Of a stretch of DNA of 64,000 nt, positions 1 to 9,534 are shown piece after piece. Location of the stretch: the NCBI GenBank assembly GCA_024280855.1, contig JAJRPG010000018.1, positions 7,386 through 71,385 on the forward strand, read 5' to 3'. The notes under the pieces are model-generated. The model was given only the letters and a program-made list of their open reading frames with translations, had not been told where the DNA came from and searched no databases. The stretch is from Planctomycetota bacterium (GTDB taxonomy: Bacteria; Planctomycetota; Phycisphaerae; UBA1845). The position numbers and the translations under genes are program-made. Within the stretch, counting starts at the first letter, position 1. The number at the start of each line of letters is the position of its first letter.

Positions 1-1
1 G

Positions 2-196
2 AGAAGATGCCGAGCCACGGATTGCCTCGCTTTCATTCAGGAATTATATCCTCCGCATTCTCAAAAAGGTGGCAAGGCTCCCCAAAAAACAGACCCTAAA
101 GAAAACTTATCGCAGGATGCGGACGAGTGGCTAAACTATTTTGGCCTTGATAACATCGAAGAAGAACCTTTCGATGGCTTCGACGCGATGAACTAA
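2..196 (+). CDS. 3' end of a CDS truncated by the window edge, possibly a YacP-like NYN-domain protein
   Basis: Frame 2 is open from base 2 to TAA at 194-196 (RRCRATDCLAFIQELY...LSQDADEWLNYFGLD...). The 'EWLxxFG' tail resembles planctomycete NYN proteins as I recall them. Not in the ORF track. Confidence 0.4.
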   Translation, partial: RRCRATDCLAFIQELYPPHSQKGGKAPQKTDPKENLSQDADEWLNYFGLDNIEEEPFDGFDAMN

Positions 197-228
197 AACA
201 CCCTGTTCGTCTAACGGCTGATGACTTC

Positions 229-648
229 ATGGATAAACGCAGCGTACCACTTTCAACTATCGCCAAACGAGGCCTGAGCAAACGCTGCCCGCGCTGTGGC
301 CAAGGTCATCTATACGAGGGGTTTTATTCCGTCCATGAAAGATGCCCCGAATGTTCATACCGATACGAAGCAGGCTCTGGCGATACCTGGGCGTTCATGT
401 ACATCACCACCGCAGCCCTGACGGGATTCATCGTGATAGCCATGTTCTTACTTCACCCATCCAACACTTGGCTCGGATTATTTCTCGTCATTCTCGCCGC
501 CGTTACCGTCATTGCAGGCACGCTCCCCATTCGCAAGAGCATAGCTATCGCGCTGGAATACATTATCTCAACCCAATTCGATCATCAGCATGCCAACGAG
601 CAAGTAGAACAAAAACAGGAGAATCCTCCACAAGGTGAAGGAAAGTAG
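229..648 (+). CDS. DUF983-family membrane protein
   Basis: N-terminal RCPRCGQGHLY...CPEC zinc-ribbon motif followed by two hydrophobic helices. Confidence 0.75.
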   Translation: MDKRSVPLSTIAKRGLSKRCPRCGQGHLYEGFYSVHERCPECSYRYEAGSGDTWAFMYITTAALTGFIVIAMFLLHPSNTWLGLFLVILAAVTVIAGTLPIRKSIAIALEYIISTQFDHQHANEQVEQKQENPPQGEGK

Positions 649-699
649 ATGTAATTCAATAATCGGTATAACAACACCTAATGTTGTATATGATTTCAA

Positions 700-1770
700 A
701 TGATAAATAATTCAAATGCTATTATCCTCAAGTCCATCGCTTCTTACCTTTGCCTTAAGCAAGAAGATGAGGAAACTTACTATGGTTCGTACGCTGGGTA
801 TCCTGTGGCCATTTCTATTTTCACCGGGGCAGATACGATCGTTTTCGGCCCTGATTCGGTATTCGGCAATTCCAGCGTGATGTATAGCGGTTCTGACTCA
901 ATGCACAATGAAGCTGTTGGAGCAAGGAATTGTTTGCTAATTCAAGTACGCTTTCCATACGATTCGGAAACATTGCCGGACGAGCCACACTACTGCTGGC
1001 AGGAAAACCTCCTAAGGAAAATTACGAACGGCGTCGCCAAAGTCGATATCGAAGATCGATTAGTTTGGCTATCTATTTATAATATTGAAACGGATACCGA
1101 TCCAAACGGTATTGAAAACCTGCTGAAAGATTTTTTGGCAGGACTCCAGGCAGCAGGCATCGAAAGTATAGAAGAAAATTGCCATTACTGTTTACATGAG
1201 CGTGGCGAAATAATTTATCTTAACGGCCGCGTCCTTCAAATTTGCGAATATTGCCTAGACGACTACCTTCACGAACGAACAACGCAGTCTCAAGCGACGG
1301 GGAGTAGTATTGCGCAAGCCATCGTTGGAGGCGTCATAGCTGCTGCAGTTGGCAGTATGCTGTGGGCTGGGTTCTGGTTCACATGCGCTTGGATTCCAAC
1401 GTGGCTAAGTGGCGGCATTGAAAGAGCTGCTTTTTTTATCCCAGGTATCTTGAGCTTAATCATAGCTCTTGGAATAGGGGCACTTGTCGGCTATCCCGTT
1501 GGCTACATTGTTCGTCGTATCGCCAATCGGGGGGCGCAAGTAGCCAAAATTGCTACATGTTGCGCCTTGGCTGGTACACTCCTTGGAGAATTACTATTCG
1601 TATCGCTTTGGACATATTACCTCGATCATGAGTGGATTTTCAGCTGGCGATTATTGTGGGCATTTTGGAGTGGTGCCGGTGTGATTGATATAATTACGAA
1701 AGCGGTGGCTGCTTCCTTGGGGGCAATCATTGCTTATGCGATGACAAGTGTTGAAACCAAACCCATTTAA
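700..1770 (+). CDS. Hypothetical membrane protein with a soluble N-domain, a CxxC...CxxC motif and about 4 C-terminal TM helices
   Basis: 356-aa ORF with CHYC and CEYC pairs and a hydrophobic C-terminal third. Confidence 0.6.
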   Translation: MINNSNAIILKSIASYLCLKQEDEETYYGSYAGYPVAISIFTGADTIVFGPDSVFGNSSVMYSGSDSMHNEAVGARNCLLIQVRFPYDSETLPDEPHYCWQENLLRKITNGVAKVDIEDRLVWLSIYNIETDTDPNGIENLLKDFLAGLQAAGIESIEENCHYCLHERGEIIYLNGRVLQICEYCLDDYLHERTTQSQATGSSIAQAIVGGVIAAAVGSMLWAGFWFTCAWIPTWLSGGIERAAFFIPGILSLIIALGIGALVGYPVGYIVRRIANRGAQVAKIATCCALAGTLLGELLFVSLWTYYLDHEWIFSWRLLWAFWSGAGVIDIITKAVAASLGAIIAYAMTSVETKPI

Positions 1771-1827
1771 GAAATCCCAAAGATAGCACTATAGACTCCG
1801 CAATCACATTCCATTATGTATTAAGAC

Positions 1828-3099
1828 ATGTTCGGGAAAATGAACTTATTTCTAGCTGAAGCTAGCCCTGCCTCGCAAGCCTCATCCGTCCTGGTGGAGG
1901 AACCCGCAGGATTACTAGCCATCCTTTTCGGCGTATTAGCCATCATCTTTTGGCTGGTGCAACATCCTACCTTCGGCCGACCATTCAAAGTGGTTCCCGC
2001 CATAGTTTTTTGCTACTTCGTTCCGACATTGCTCACGACGCTAGGCGTCATCCCCAAAGAATCACCCCTGTATAGTTGGGTCAAAGCTTACGTTCTGCCA
2101 GCCAGTTTATTGCTACTCATAATTTCCCTCGACTTACCAGCCATCGTTCGTTTAGGCGGCAAAGCGATCATCATGTTGTTAGCCGGAACATTCAGCATTG
2201 TCATCGGAGGCCCGCTCGCATTATGGGCTGCCCAACACATTTTGCCCGAAGCATGGGCATTGCCAACTGACGCTTGGCGAGGATTATCTGCGTTGTCAGG
2301 AAGTTGGATCGGCGGGGGGGCTAACTTCGTAGCAATTGGTCATGTGGCCGAAGCTTCGGATTCGATGATGGCTCTCATGGTGATCCCCGACGTTCTCGTC
2401 GCAAACATCTGGATGGGCGTTTTGCTATATATGTCAGGCCGGCAAAAAGCGATTGATCGAAAAACCGGAGCCAATGCCCAGGCCATTCGCGACCTCGAAG
2501 TTCGCATGACAGAATTTCAAGAGCGTACCAATCGAATAGCTTCCATGCCCGATTTGTTGACCATTGTTGCACTAGGTTTCGTAGGTAGTTGGGTCGCGTA
2601 TAGCGTAGGTCAACACCTCCCCGTAATAAGTGACGGCCAGGGCGCGGCCATCATATCCCATTCAACCTGGAAATACATCATCGTAACCAGCTTCGGCGTA
2701 GGCCTATCGTTCACCCGCGTTCGTAATCTTGAAGGTGCCGGTGCGTCCAAGGTTGGCTCGGTCATGATTTACCTGCTCATCGCGTGCATTGGCGCATCGG
2801 CTAACTTTAGAGAAGTCATCGAAGCCCCAGGTTTTATCGTTGTCGGATTCATGTGGATGTTCGTTCACATCACAATCATAATGACTGTCGGCATCCTCAT
2901 TCGCGCCCCCATATTCCTCATCGCCGTCGGTTCACAAGCCAACATCGGAGGCGCAGCCAGTGCCCCCGTCGTCGCAGCCGCATTCCATCCATCACTAGCT
3001 CCGGTCGGCGCGTTACTAGCCGTAGCTGGTTATGTGTTGGGAACCTACGCAGGCCTAATCTGCATGCACTTATTGAAGTGGGTAGCCGGCGCAGGTTAA
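1828..3099 (+). CDS. DUF819-family integral membrane protein
   Basis: Polytopic 423-aa ORF with the motifs GSWIGGGANF and GSQANIGGAASAPVVA. Confidence 0.85.
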   Translation: MFGKMNLFLAEASPASQASSVLVEEPAGLLAILFGVLAIIFWLVQHPTFGRPFKVVPAIVFCYFVPTLLTTLGVIPKESPLYSWVKAYVLPASLLLLIISLDLPAIVRLGGKAIIMLLAGTFSIVIGGPLALWAAQHILPEAWALPTDAWRGLSALSGSWIGGGANFVAIGHVAEASDSMMALMVIPDVLVANIWMGVLLYMSGRQKAIDRKTGANAQAIRDLEVRMTEFQERTNRIASMPDLLTIVALGFVGSWVAYSVGQHLPVISDGQGAAIISHSTWKYIIVTSFGVGLSFTRVRNLEGAGASKVGSVMIYLLIACIGASANFREVIEAPGFIVVGFMWMFVHITIIMTVGILIRAPIFLIAVGSQANIGGAASAPVVAAAFHPSLAPVGALLAVAGYVLGTYAGLICMHLLKWVAGAG

Positions 3100-3103
3100 C
3101 CCC

Positions 3104-3136
3104 CCGAGCCGCGGGCTTAAGCCCGCGCGGAGTCGA
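3104..3136 (+). repeat. REP-like palindromic element, copy A
   Basis: CCGAGCCGCGGGCTTAAGCCCGCGCGGAGTCGA; matches the reverse complement of 31778-31810 at 29 of 33 positions. Lies between convergent genes. Confidence 0.75.
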
Positions 3137-3229
3137 GATTGTTAACAAGGTAGACCAGTAGGAAAATCGTTCGGTGTCCCATTCTTTGCCTACCGGCAAA
3201 GGGTGGGGGAAGTCTTTTTATATGGAAGA

Positions 3230-4831
3230 TCACTGAGACAGAATAGGCAACGATACCGAAGTAGTCTGACCAGTCATAGTCTCTGGCACACCAAGATCAA
3301 GCTTATGAATCTGACTAGTGCGTAAAAGCTTCCCAGCCAGTGTCGGATCGGAAAGCGGCACATCCCAAAAATCTTCTTTGAACGAATCCACCCATTCGAT
3401 TCTGGTCAAGCCGCGTTTACCAATTTTACGCCGCAAAACAATATAGAAAAATGCGTGAATGTTGTCACGGAAATGACTAAAACTACGAATACGTTTCAGA
3501 CGCCGCGCAAACATGGTGGGGCGGTTATAAAATTTCTTATGCGCCTTCTCATACATCACATTGATTTTTTCAGGCGACACCGTCGGTAGCGTCATGATGG
3601 CACTACTCAATTCATACTCGCCCCAATCTTCAGTGTTCAGATAGCCATGCTCTTTCGCCCATTCGAACATCTGCGTACCTGGGTAGGGCGTCGTAATGTT
3701 GAACAAAGCCAGGTCAGGATCGAGATGCAGTGCATAGTCAATCGTGCGCTGCATGGATTCAACCGTCTCCGTCGGATTCCCAAACATAAACGTAGCCCGC
3801 ACTTCCAAGCCAACTTTCTGAGCAATCTTCACCGCCCATTCGGTCTTCTTCCGGTCGATAGGTTTGCGAATCACTTCTAAAATAGCGTCGTCACCGCTCT
3901 CCACGCCAAACATCACCTGATGACATCCGCCATCCTTCATGGCTTGGGCGAGTTCTTCACTGAAGCAGTCGGTGCGAACAAATGCCGTCCAACTGACACC
4001 GAGTTTTCGCTCTTTCATCAATTGACAAAAACGCATTACGTTCGGCTTAAAAATCGTGAATGTATCGTCGTAAAATTGAATCTCTCGAATTCCATACGTC
4101 TCGCGCATATGCTGAATTTCATCGACAACTGTATCAGCCGCTCTTGTGCGTAGTGTGGTTTCCGCGCTATTGCAAAAGGTGCATTTGCCAGGACAACCGC
4201 GTGTCATAAGCATATTAATCGCTGGCAGCCGACGATAAGCGCCGAGTGCAGGATAATACTTTTTCATCGGGACCAAATGAAAAGCCGGCATGGGCAATGA
4301 ATCCAAATCCAATATCACCTCAGCCGGTGGATTATGAATAGCGACGTTATCTTTTCGATAACTCACCCCACGAATTTTCTCGATCGGCTCACCTTTGACG
4401 ATGCGATTTAATGTCACTTCGCCGTCGCCGCGAACGACCAAATTGATCGCGCTATTTTTGAGACACTCCCCTGGCATCGCTTCGGCGTGAACACCACCAA
4501 CCACCACGATACATTCGGGATGTATTTCTTTGACAATTCGCGCGATCTGATTCCCCGCAATAGCTGTGGAAGTCATCAAACTGATACCGACATATCGCGG
4601 TTTATACTGACGCAGCGCCTCTCGAAACTCATCCATGTTCCAATGCTCAACATGAACATCCACAATGCCAACGCGATGTCCCTCACGCTCCAAATAAGCG
4701 GCAATGCTCAGCAACCCCAGCGGAGGCATCGCAGCCTTAATGCCGTGCCATATATTTTGATCCTTACTTACCCACGGAGGGTTAATGAGCAGGGCATCAA
4801 GCGGACGCGGTTCTACAGTTTCCATTGGCAT
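3230..4831 (-). CDS. Cobalamin-binding radical SAM protein (class B methyltransferase-like)
   Basis: N-terminal B12-binding domain (PPLGLLSIAAYL; VVVGGVHA), RGCPGKCTFC cluster motif, FYDDTF, FGVESG and TPYPGT motifs. Confidence 0.9.
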   Translation of the reverse strand: MPMETVEPRPLDALLINPPWVSKDQNIWHGIKAAMPPLGLLSIAAYLEREGHRVGIVDVHVEHWNMDEFREALRQYKPRYVGISLMTSTAIAGNQIARIVKEIHPECIVVVGGVHAEAMPGECLKNSAINLVVRGDGEVTLNRIVKGEPIEKIRGVSYRKDNVAIHNPPAEVILDLDSLPMPAFHLVPMKKYYPALGAYRRLPAINMLMTRGCPGKCTFCNSAETTLRTRAADTVVDEIQHMRETYGIREIQFYDDTFTIFKPNVMRFCQLMKERKLGVSWTAFVRTDCFSEELAQAMKDGGCHQVMFGVESGDDAILEVIRKPIDRKKTEWAVKIAQKVGLEVRATFMFGNPTETVESMQRTIDYALHLDPDLALFNITTPYPGTQMFEWAKEHGYLNTEDWGEYELSSAIMTLPTVSPEKINVMYEKAHKKFYNRPTMFARRLKRIRSFSHFRDNIHAFFYIVLRRKIGKRGLTRIEWVDSFKEDFWDVPLSDPTLAGKLLRTSQIHKLDLGVPETMTGQTTSVSLPILSQ

Positions 4832-4888
4832 CGCAATATCCAGACATATAAAAAGCCAGACGCTTATTTCGCAGCGCCAAGTGCCTGT

Positions 4889-4916
4889 TTATCGGCATGG
4901 CTGAGGTCCGAATTTA
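4889..4916 (-). promoter_or_regulatory. Sigma-28 (FliA/SigD/WhiG)-like promoter for the radical SAM gene
   Basis: Minus strand reads TAAA-N16-GCCGATAA, about 57 nt upstream of the start at 4831. Confidence 0.55.
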
Positions 4917-4966
4917 TTTACAAATCGCACCTAAATCGCCTGAAAACAGCTTGTTTGTAGATTTGC

Positions 4967-4994
4967 AAAATGCTCACAGCGATTGTGCCGATAA
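4967..4994 (+). promoter_or_regulatory. Sigma-28-like promoter for the acetyltransferase gene
   Basis: AAAA-N16-GCCGATAA; perfect -10 element, weaker -35. Confidence 0.45.
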
Positions 4995-5083
4995 TCACGC
5001 TATATCAAGGACGGTAGCAGGAGCATTGGCCTTATGATTGCATTGAGTTGAGTAGGCTAAGCTAAAATTCGAGGCGATAAAAC

Positions 5084-5701
5084 GTGATGACATCAACGAT
5101 GGAAATATCAAGCGAAACAAGAACGTTCGTACATCCCACCGCATTGTGTGAGACTAGCCAACTCGGAGCCGGTACACGCGTCTGGGCCTTCGCTCACGTC
5201 ATGGACGGGGCGAACATTGGCCAGGCGTGTAATATCTGCGACCGGACATTCATCGAAGGCGGAGCCAACATCGGCAACCGTGTAACCATCAAAAACAACG
5301 TCCTCATCTGGGACGGTGTCACCATAGAAGACGACGTTTTCGTAGGCCCAGCCGTGGTTTTCACCAACGACCGTCATCCACGCAGTGCCCGCATGAACGA
5401 AGTCGCATCACGCTATGCTGATAAGGAAAAATGGCTGCAAACGACATTTGTTAAACAAGGTGCGTCCATCGGAGCAGGGGCCATCATCTTGTGTGGTCTA
5501 TCTATTGGCGAATATGCCAGCATCGCAGCCGGAAGTGTCGTCACGAAAGATGTCCCAGCCCATTGCCTCATCATAGGCCATCCCGGCAAGCCTGCAGGCT
5601 GGGTCTGTAAGTGTGGAATCAAACTCGATAACGACCTGAAATGCCCAAGCTGCAATTCGAGCTATACGGCAGCAGGCCACACGATAAAATCTGTAATATA
5701 A
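5084..5701 (+). CDS. Hexapeptide-repeat N-acetyltransferase, WbpD/WlbB-like, with a C-terminal zinc ribbon
   Basis: FVHPTALCE...GTRVWAFAHV, IEDDVFVGPAVVFTND and GASIGAGA repeats; WVCKCG...CPSC tail. Confidence 0.85.
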   Translation: MMTSTMEISSETRTFVHPTALCETSQLGAGTRVWAFAHVMDGANIGQACNICDRTFIEGGANIGNRVTIKNNVLIWDGVTIEDDVFVGPAVVFTNDRHPRSARMNEVASRYADKEKWLQTTFVKQGASIGAGAIILCGLSIGEYASIAAGSVVTKDVPAHCLIIGHPGKPAGWVCKCGIKLDNDLKCPSCNSSYTAAGHTIKSVI

Positions 5702-5746
5702 ACAAGCATTTCATCGATTAACCCCGTTTAAGGGCATTTGTAATGA

Positions 5747-5801
5747 AATTCTACCAAAATGGTCATAATTCGACTTGCTATATGACCGATTTAGTCATAT
5801 A
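5747..5801. promoter_or_regulatory. Tandem palindromic operator upstream of rrf2-suf (IscR type-1-like)
   Basis: Perfect inverted repeat TATATGAC-N7-GTCATATA (5779-5801), preceded by a similar site TTCTACCAAAATGGTCATAA (5749-5768). Confidence 0.65.
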
Positions 5802-5882
5802 TAGAATATAGTGGATGTGGACTTTGAGGCTCAGACGGGCGGGCAATTGCCAGCCGGTGATCCGTAAGTCCTTGCTTGATAG

Positions 5883-6338
5883 ATGCTTACGTTAACTCGA
5901 AAGACCGATTACGCCTTGGTAGCCATGACAGAACTGGCTCACAGCGCCCCGGCCCAGCTTAGTGCCCGCAAGATCGCGGAGCTGTCCGGCCTGCCGCTGC
6001 CCATTCTGTCGGGCGTGCTTCACCAGTTGAATGCGCACGGGCTGATTGTTTCCGTTCGCGGTTCGCAGGGGGGGTATTCCCTTGCTCGATCACCAGGCGA
6101 GATCACACTGGCTGACATGATCGAAGCCATCGAAGGTGGCACGCGACTGGCGGTTTGTTGCCGGGACGATGCCGAGGCGGTTAACGAAGAATGCGACATC
6201 GCCTCAAATTGTCGCGTCAAGGAACCCATTCGCCGTGTGAATGAGAGTTTTCAACACTTCCTGAGTCAGGTCAGCTTGGCTCATGTGGCGTTTGATAAAG
6301 TTAGTCTGGACGTTGGCGGTTCTGCGGCGAAGTTTTGA
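5883..6338 (+). CDS. Rrf2-family transcriptional regulator of the SUF operon
   Basis: LTRKTDYAL start, SVRGSQGGYSLAR wing and a C-terminal Cys cluster (CC...C...C). First gene of the suf cluster. Confidence 0.9.
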   Translation: MLTLTRKTDYALVAMTELAHSAPAQLSARKIAELSGLPLPILSGVLHQLNAHGLIVSVRGSQGGYSLARSPGEITLADMIEAIEGGTRLAVCCRDDAEAVNEECDIASNCRVKEPIRRVNESFQHFLSQVSLAHVAFDKVSLDVGGSAAKF

Positions 6339-6413
6339 AATGGAAATTTGTGGCTCGAAATTTTGGTCACATAGTAACGATCTGAAAACAGTTTAGAAAA
6401 CGGAGAAAAACTC

Positions 6414-6767
6414 ATGGCTATCACATTAACAGAGGGTGCGGCTAAGGAAGTTAAAAATATCATTACTCAGCAAAACGAAATGGCTGAGAAGAACGGTGAA
6501 GAAGCAAAGAAGCTTTATCTTCGCATCGGCGTCAAGGGCGGGGGGTGTAGCGGGTTTAGCTATTCGCTCGACCTGACTGAAACTCTCAATGACACCGACG
6601 AGCAATGGGAACAGTTCGGCGTCGATGTCGTATGCGATTCAAAAAGTCAGTTGTATCTTGAAGGTACGAATGTCGATTTCAAAGACGAGGTGATGGGGCG
6701 GGGCTTTGTGTTTAGCAACCCCAACGCCACCAGCAGTTGTGGCTGCGGCAGTAGTTTTTCTGTATAG
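6414..6767 (+). CDS. iscA: A-type Fe-S carrier protein (IscA/SufA/HesB family)
   Basis: GGGCSGFSY and NPNATSSCGCGSSF motifs. Confidence 0.92.
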   Translation: MAITLTEGAAKEVKNIITQQNEMAEKNGEEAKKLYLRIGVKGGGCSGFSYSLDLTETLNDTDEQWEQFGVDVVCDSKSQLYLEGTNVDFKDEVMGRGFVFSNPNATSSCGCGSSFSV

Positions 6768-6886
6768 CATGACGCCTCTTGCCAGCCAGCGTTATTGAGA
6801 GGTATGCATTCCTTAAGGGGAATTGTCGTCACGCGGCGAATAGAATTAGCAGGCCCGTGCATAGCGCGGTCTCTGGAGTAGTAATC

Positions 6887-8347
6887 ATGGCTAATGCACA
6901 AACTGATACCGCAATCGACCAATGGTCAGAGCAGGAATACAAGTACGGATTCGTTACAGACATCGAAACCGACAGTGCGCCTCCAGGCCTTAGCGAGGAT
7001 ACCATACGGTTCATTTCCGCCAAGAAAAAAGAGCCGGAATGGCTGTTAGCCTGGCGTCTAAAAGCCTATAAACGCTGGCTTACGATGGAAGAGCCGACCT
7101 GGGCCAATATCAGTTATCCCAAGATCGACTATCAATCAATTATTTATTACTCCGCGCCCAAGCAAGTGAAAGACTTGCTAAAAAGCCTGGATGAAGTTGA
7201 TCCCAAGTTGATCGAAACCTACAACAAACTCGGCATTTCACTCGAAGAGCAAAAGGTGTTAGCCGGTGTAGAAGTAGCTGTCGATGCCGTGTTTGATAGC
7301 GTATCCGTAGCCACGACTTTCAAAAATAAATTAGCCGAGATTGGCGTAATTTTTTGCCCGTTTTCAGAAGCCGTTCATAATCATCCAGAGCTGGTACAAA
7401 AGTACCTCGGCTCTGTCGTGCCTTATTCAGATAACTATTTCGCCACGCTTAACTCAGCCGTGTTTACGGATGGCTCATTCGTATACATTCCCAAAGGCGT
7501 TCGTTGTCCGATGGACCTGTCCACCTATTTCCGCATCAACGCCAAGTCCACAGGCCAGTTCGAGCGATCCCTTATTATTGCAGAAGAAGGGAGCCAGGTT
7601 AGTTATCTCGAGGGTTGCACCGCACCCATGCGAGACGAAAACCAACTACACGCAGCCGTGGTCGAACTCGTAGCAATGGACGACGCGAAAATTAAGTATT
7701 CGACCATTCAAAACTGGTACCCAGGCGACAAGGATGGCGTAGGCGGCATTTACAACTTCGTCACCAAGCGAGGTAAATGTGCTGGCAAAAATTCGCATAT
7801 ATCGTGGACCCAAGTCGAAACAGGGTCAGCTATCACCTGGAAATATCCTAGCTGCATTTTGCAAGGCGATAATTCCGTCGGCGAGTTTTACTCCGTAGCT
7901 ATGACCAATCACCGCCAGCAAGCTGACACTGGCACGAAGATGGTCCACATTGGTAAAAACACCCGCAGCAACATCGTCTCCAAAGGCATCTCAGTAGGCT
8001 ATAGCAAAAACACTTATCGAGGCGGCGTGAAGATAAACTCCGGTGCGGATAACGCTCGAAACTTTACGCAGTGCGATTCCCTTTTGATTGGTGACAAGTG
8101 CGAGGCACACACGTTTCCTTACATTGACGTCAAAAATAGCTCAGCCATGATGGAGCACGAAGCGACAACATCAAAAATTGGCGACGACCAAATGTTCTAC
8201 TGCAACCAGCGCGGCATCAACGCTGAAGACGCCACCGCTATGATTGTCAACGGATTTTGCAAAGAAGTCTTTCGAGAATTACCGATGGAATTCGCCGTTG
8301 AAGCACAGAAACTCCTTGAAATCAGCCTGGAGGGAAGCGTTGGCTAA
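6887..8347 (+). CDS. sufB: Fe-S cluster assembly protein SufB
   Basis: [30 protein letters not shown] and ISLEGSVG motifs. Start moved to ATG 6887, which has a GGAG RBS. Confidence 0.97.
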   Translation: MANAQTDTAIDQWSEQEYKYGFVTDIETDSAPPGLSEDTIRFISAKKKEPEWLLAWRLKAYKRWLTMEEPTWANISYPKIDYQSIIYYSAPKQVKDLLKSLDEVDPKLIETYNKLGISLEEQKVLAGVEVAVDAVFDSVSVATTFKNKLAEIGVIFCPFSEAVHNHPELVQKYLGSVVPYSDNYFATLNSAVFTDGSFVYIPKGVRCPMDLSTYFRINAKSTGQFERSLIIAEEGSQVSYLEGCTAPMRDENQLHAAVVELVAMDDAKIKYSTIQNWYPGDKDGVGGIYNFVTKRGKCAGKNSHISWTQVETGSAITWKYPSCILQGDNSVGEFYSVAMTNHRQQADTGTKMVHIGKNTRSNIVSKGISVGYSKNTYRGGVKINSGADNARNFTQCDSLLIGDKCEAHTFPYIDVKNSSAMMEHEATTSKIGDDQMFYCNQRGINAEDATAMIVNGFCKEVFRELPMEFAVEAQKLLEISLEGSVG

Positions 8348-8678
8348 TCAAACTGTAAACGTCGAAGAAATGAGTGTGACTGAGTTAGCTGCGCAATTAG
8401 CTGGTGATTCGCCGCCGAAGTTAATCGACGTGCGCACGCCGGAGGAGCGGGCTACCGCTTGTATCGAAGGTTCGCTGTTTCTTGATGACCAGCTTGTTAA
8501 GACCATGCTGGAAACCTGGGACAAAGCGACATTGATAGTCCTGCAGTGTCATCACGGCGGTCGCAGTCTACAGGCGGCTAATTATTTTACGCAGCAGGGA
8601 TTTACGAATGTGAAAAACCTTACCGGCGGCATTGATGCGTGGTCGTTGGGAGTGGACGCCAAAATTCCTCGATACTAG
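8340..8678 (+). CDS. Single-domain rhodanese (sulfurtransferase)
   Basis: LIDVRTPEE, active loop [17 protein letters not shown]. Likely TTG start at 8340 with a GGAGG RBS, overlapping the sufB end; alternative ATG at 8370. Confidence 0.88.
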   Translation: MANQTVNVEEMSVTELAAQLAGDSPPKLIDVRTPEERATACIEGSLFLDDQLVKTMLETWDKATLIVLQCHHGGRSLQAANYFTQQGFTNVKNLTGGIDAWSLGVDAKIPRY

Positions 8679-8746
8679 AGTTGATTAGAAACGGTAAGAC
8701 GCAAAGCCATAATGAATACTGAAATGAATTACGCTAGGGAATTGAT

Positions 8747-9517
8747 ATGTTAGAGATTCGGAACTTACATGCTCACGTCGATGGGCACGAAATTCTTAAA
8801 GGGATAAACTTAACGGTAAACGCCGGCGAAGTTCATTCCATCATGGGGCCAAACGGCTCAGGTAAAAGCACGCTGGCCCAGGTGCTTGCCGGTCGAGACA
8901 CTTATGAAGTGACTGAAGGCGAAATCATCTACAAAGGCCAAAACATTCTGGAATTATCGCCAGATGAGCGGGCCTGCGAAGGGATATTCCTCGCTTTTCA
9001 ATATCCCGTAGAAATCCCCGGTGTTACGACAAGTTATTTTCTTAGAGCCGCGGTAAACGCCATGCGCAAGCATCGAGGTGAAGAGGCATTAGATGCGATG
9101 GACTTCCTCAAAATCATCAAGGAGAAAGCTAAGCTTGTTAAGTTAGATACGAAATTATTAAGCCGAGCGATTAACGAAGGTTTTTCCGGCGGCGAGAAAA
9201 AACGCAACGAGATATTCCAGATGGCGGTTCTCGAACCTACGCTAGCTATTCTGGATGAAACGGATTCAGGCCTGGACATCGACGCTCTCAAAATAGTTGC
9301 GGAAGGCGTTAATACGCTACGCAGTAAGGACCGAGCTACGATTATCGTCACACACTATCAGCGTCTTCTCGACTATATTGTGCCGGATTTTGTGCATGTG
9401 CTGGTCGATGGAAAAATTGCTCACTCCGGTGGGAAAGAACTCGCGCTAGAGTTAGAAGCTAAAGGGTACGCTTGGATTTCAGACGATGTAAACAATGGCG
9501 CAGCTGTCGCGTCCTAG
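8747..9517 (+). CDS. sufC: Fe-S cluster assembly ATPase SufC
   Basis: GPNGSGKST, FLAFQYPVEIPG, FSGGEKKRNE and DETDSGLDID motifs. Confidence 0.97.
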   Translation: MLEIRNLHAHVDGHEILKGINLTVNAGEVHSIMGPNGSGKSTLAQVLAGRDTYEVTEGEIIYKGQNILELSPDERACEGIFLAFQYPVEIPGVTTSYFLRAAVNAMRKHRGEEALDAMDFLKIIKEKAKLVKLDTKLLSRAINEGFSGGEKKRNEIFQMAVLEPTLAILDETDSGLDIDALKIVAEGVNTLRSKDRATIIVTHYQRLLDYIVPDFVHVLVDGKIAHSGGKELALELEAKGYAWISDDVNNGAAVAS

Positions 9518-9534
9518 ATGGGTGAGATTTCGGC

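Noticed and set aside
6779-6886. 36-aa N-terminal extension of SufB in the ORF track
   Set aside because: SufB-like sequence and a GGAG RBS point to ATG 6887.
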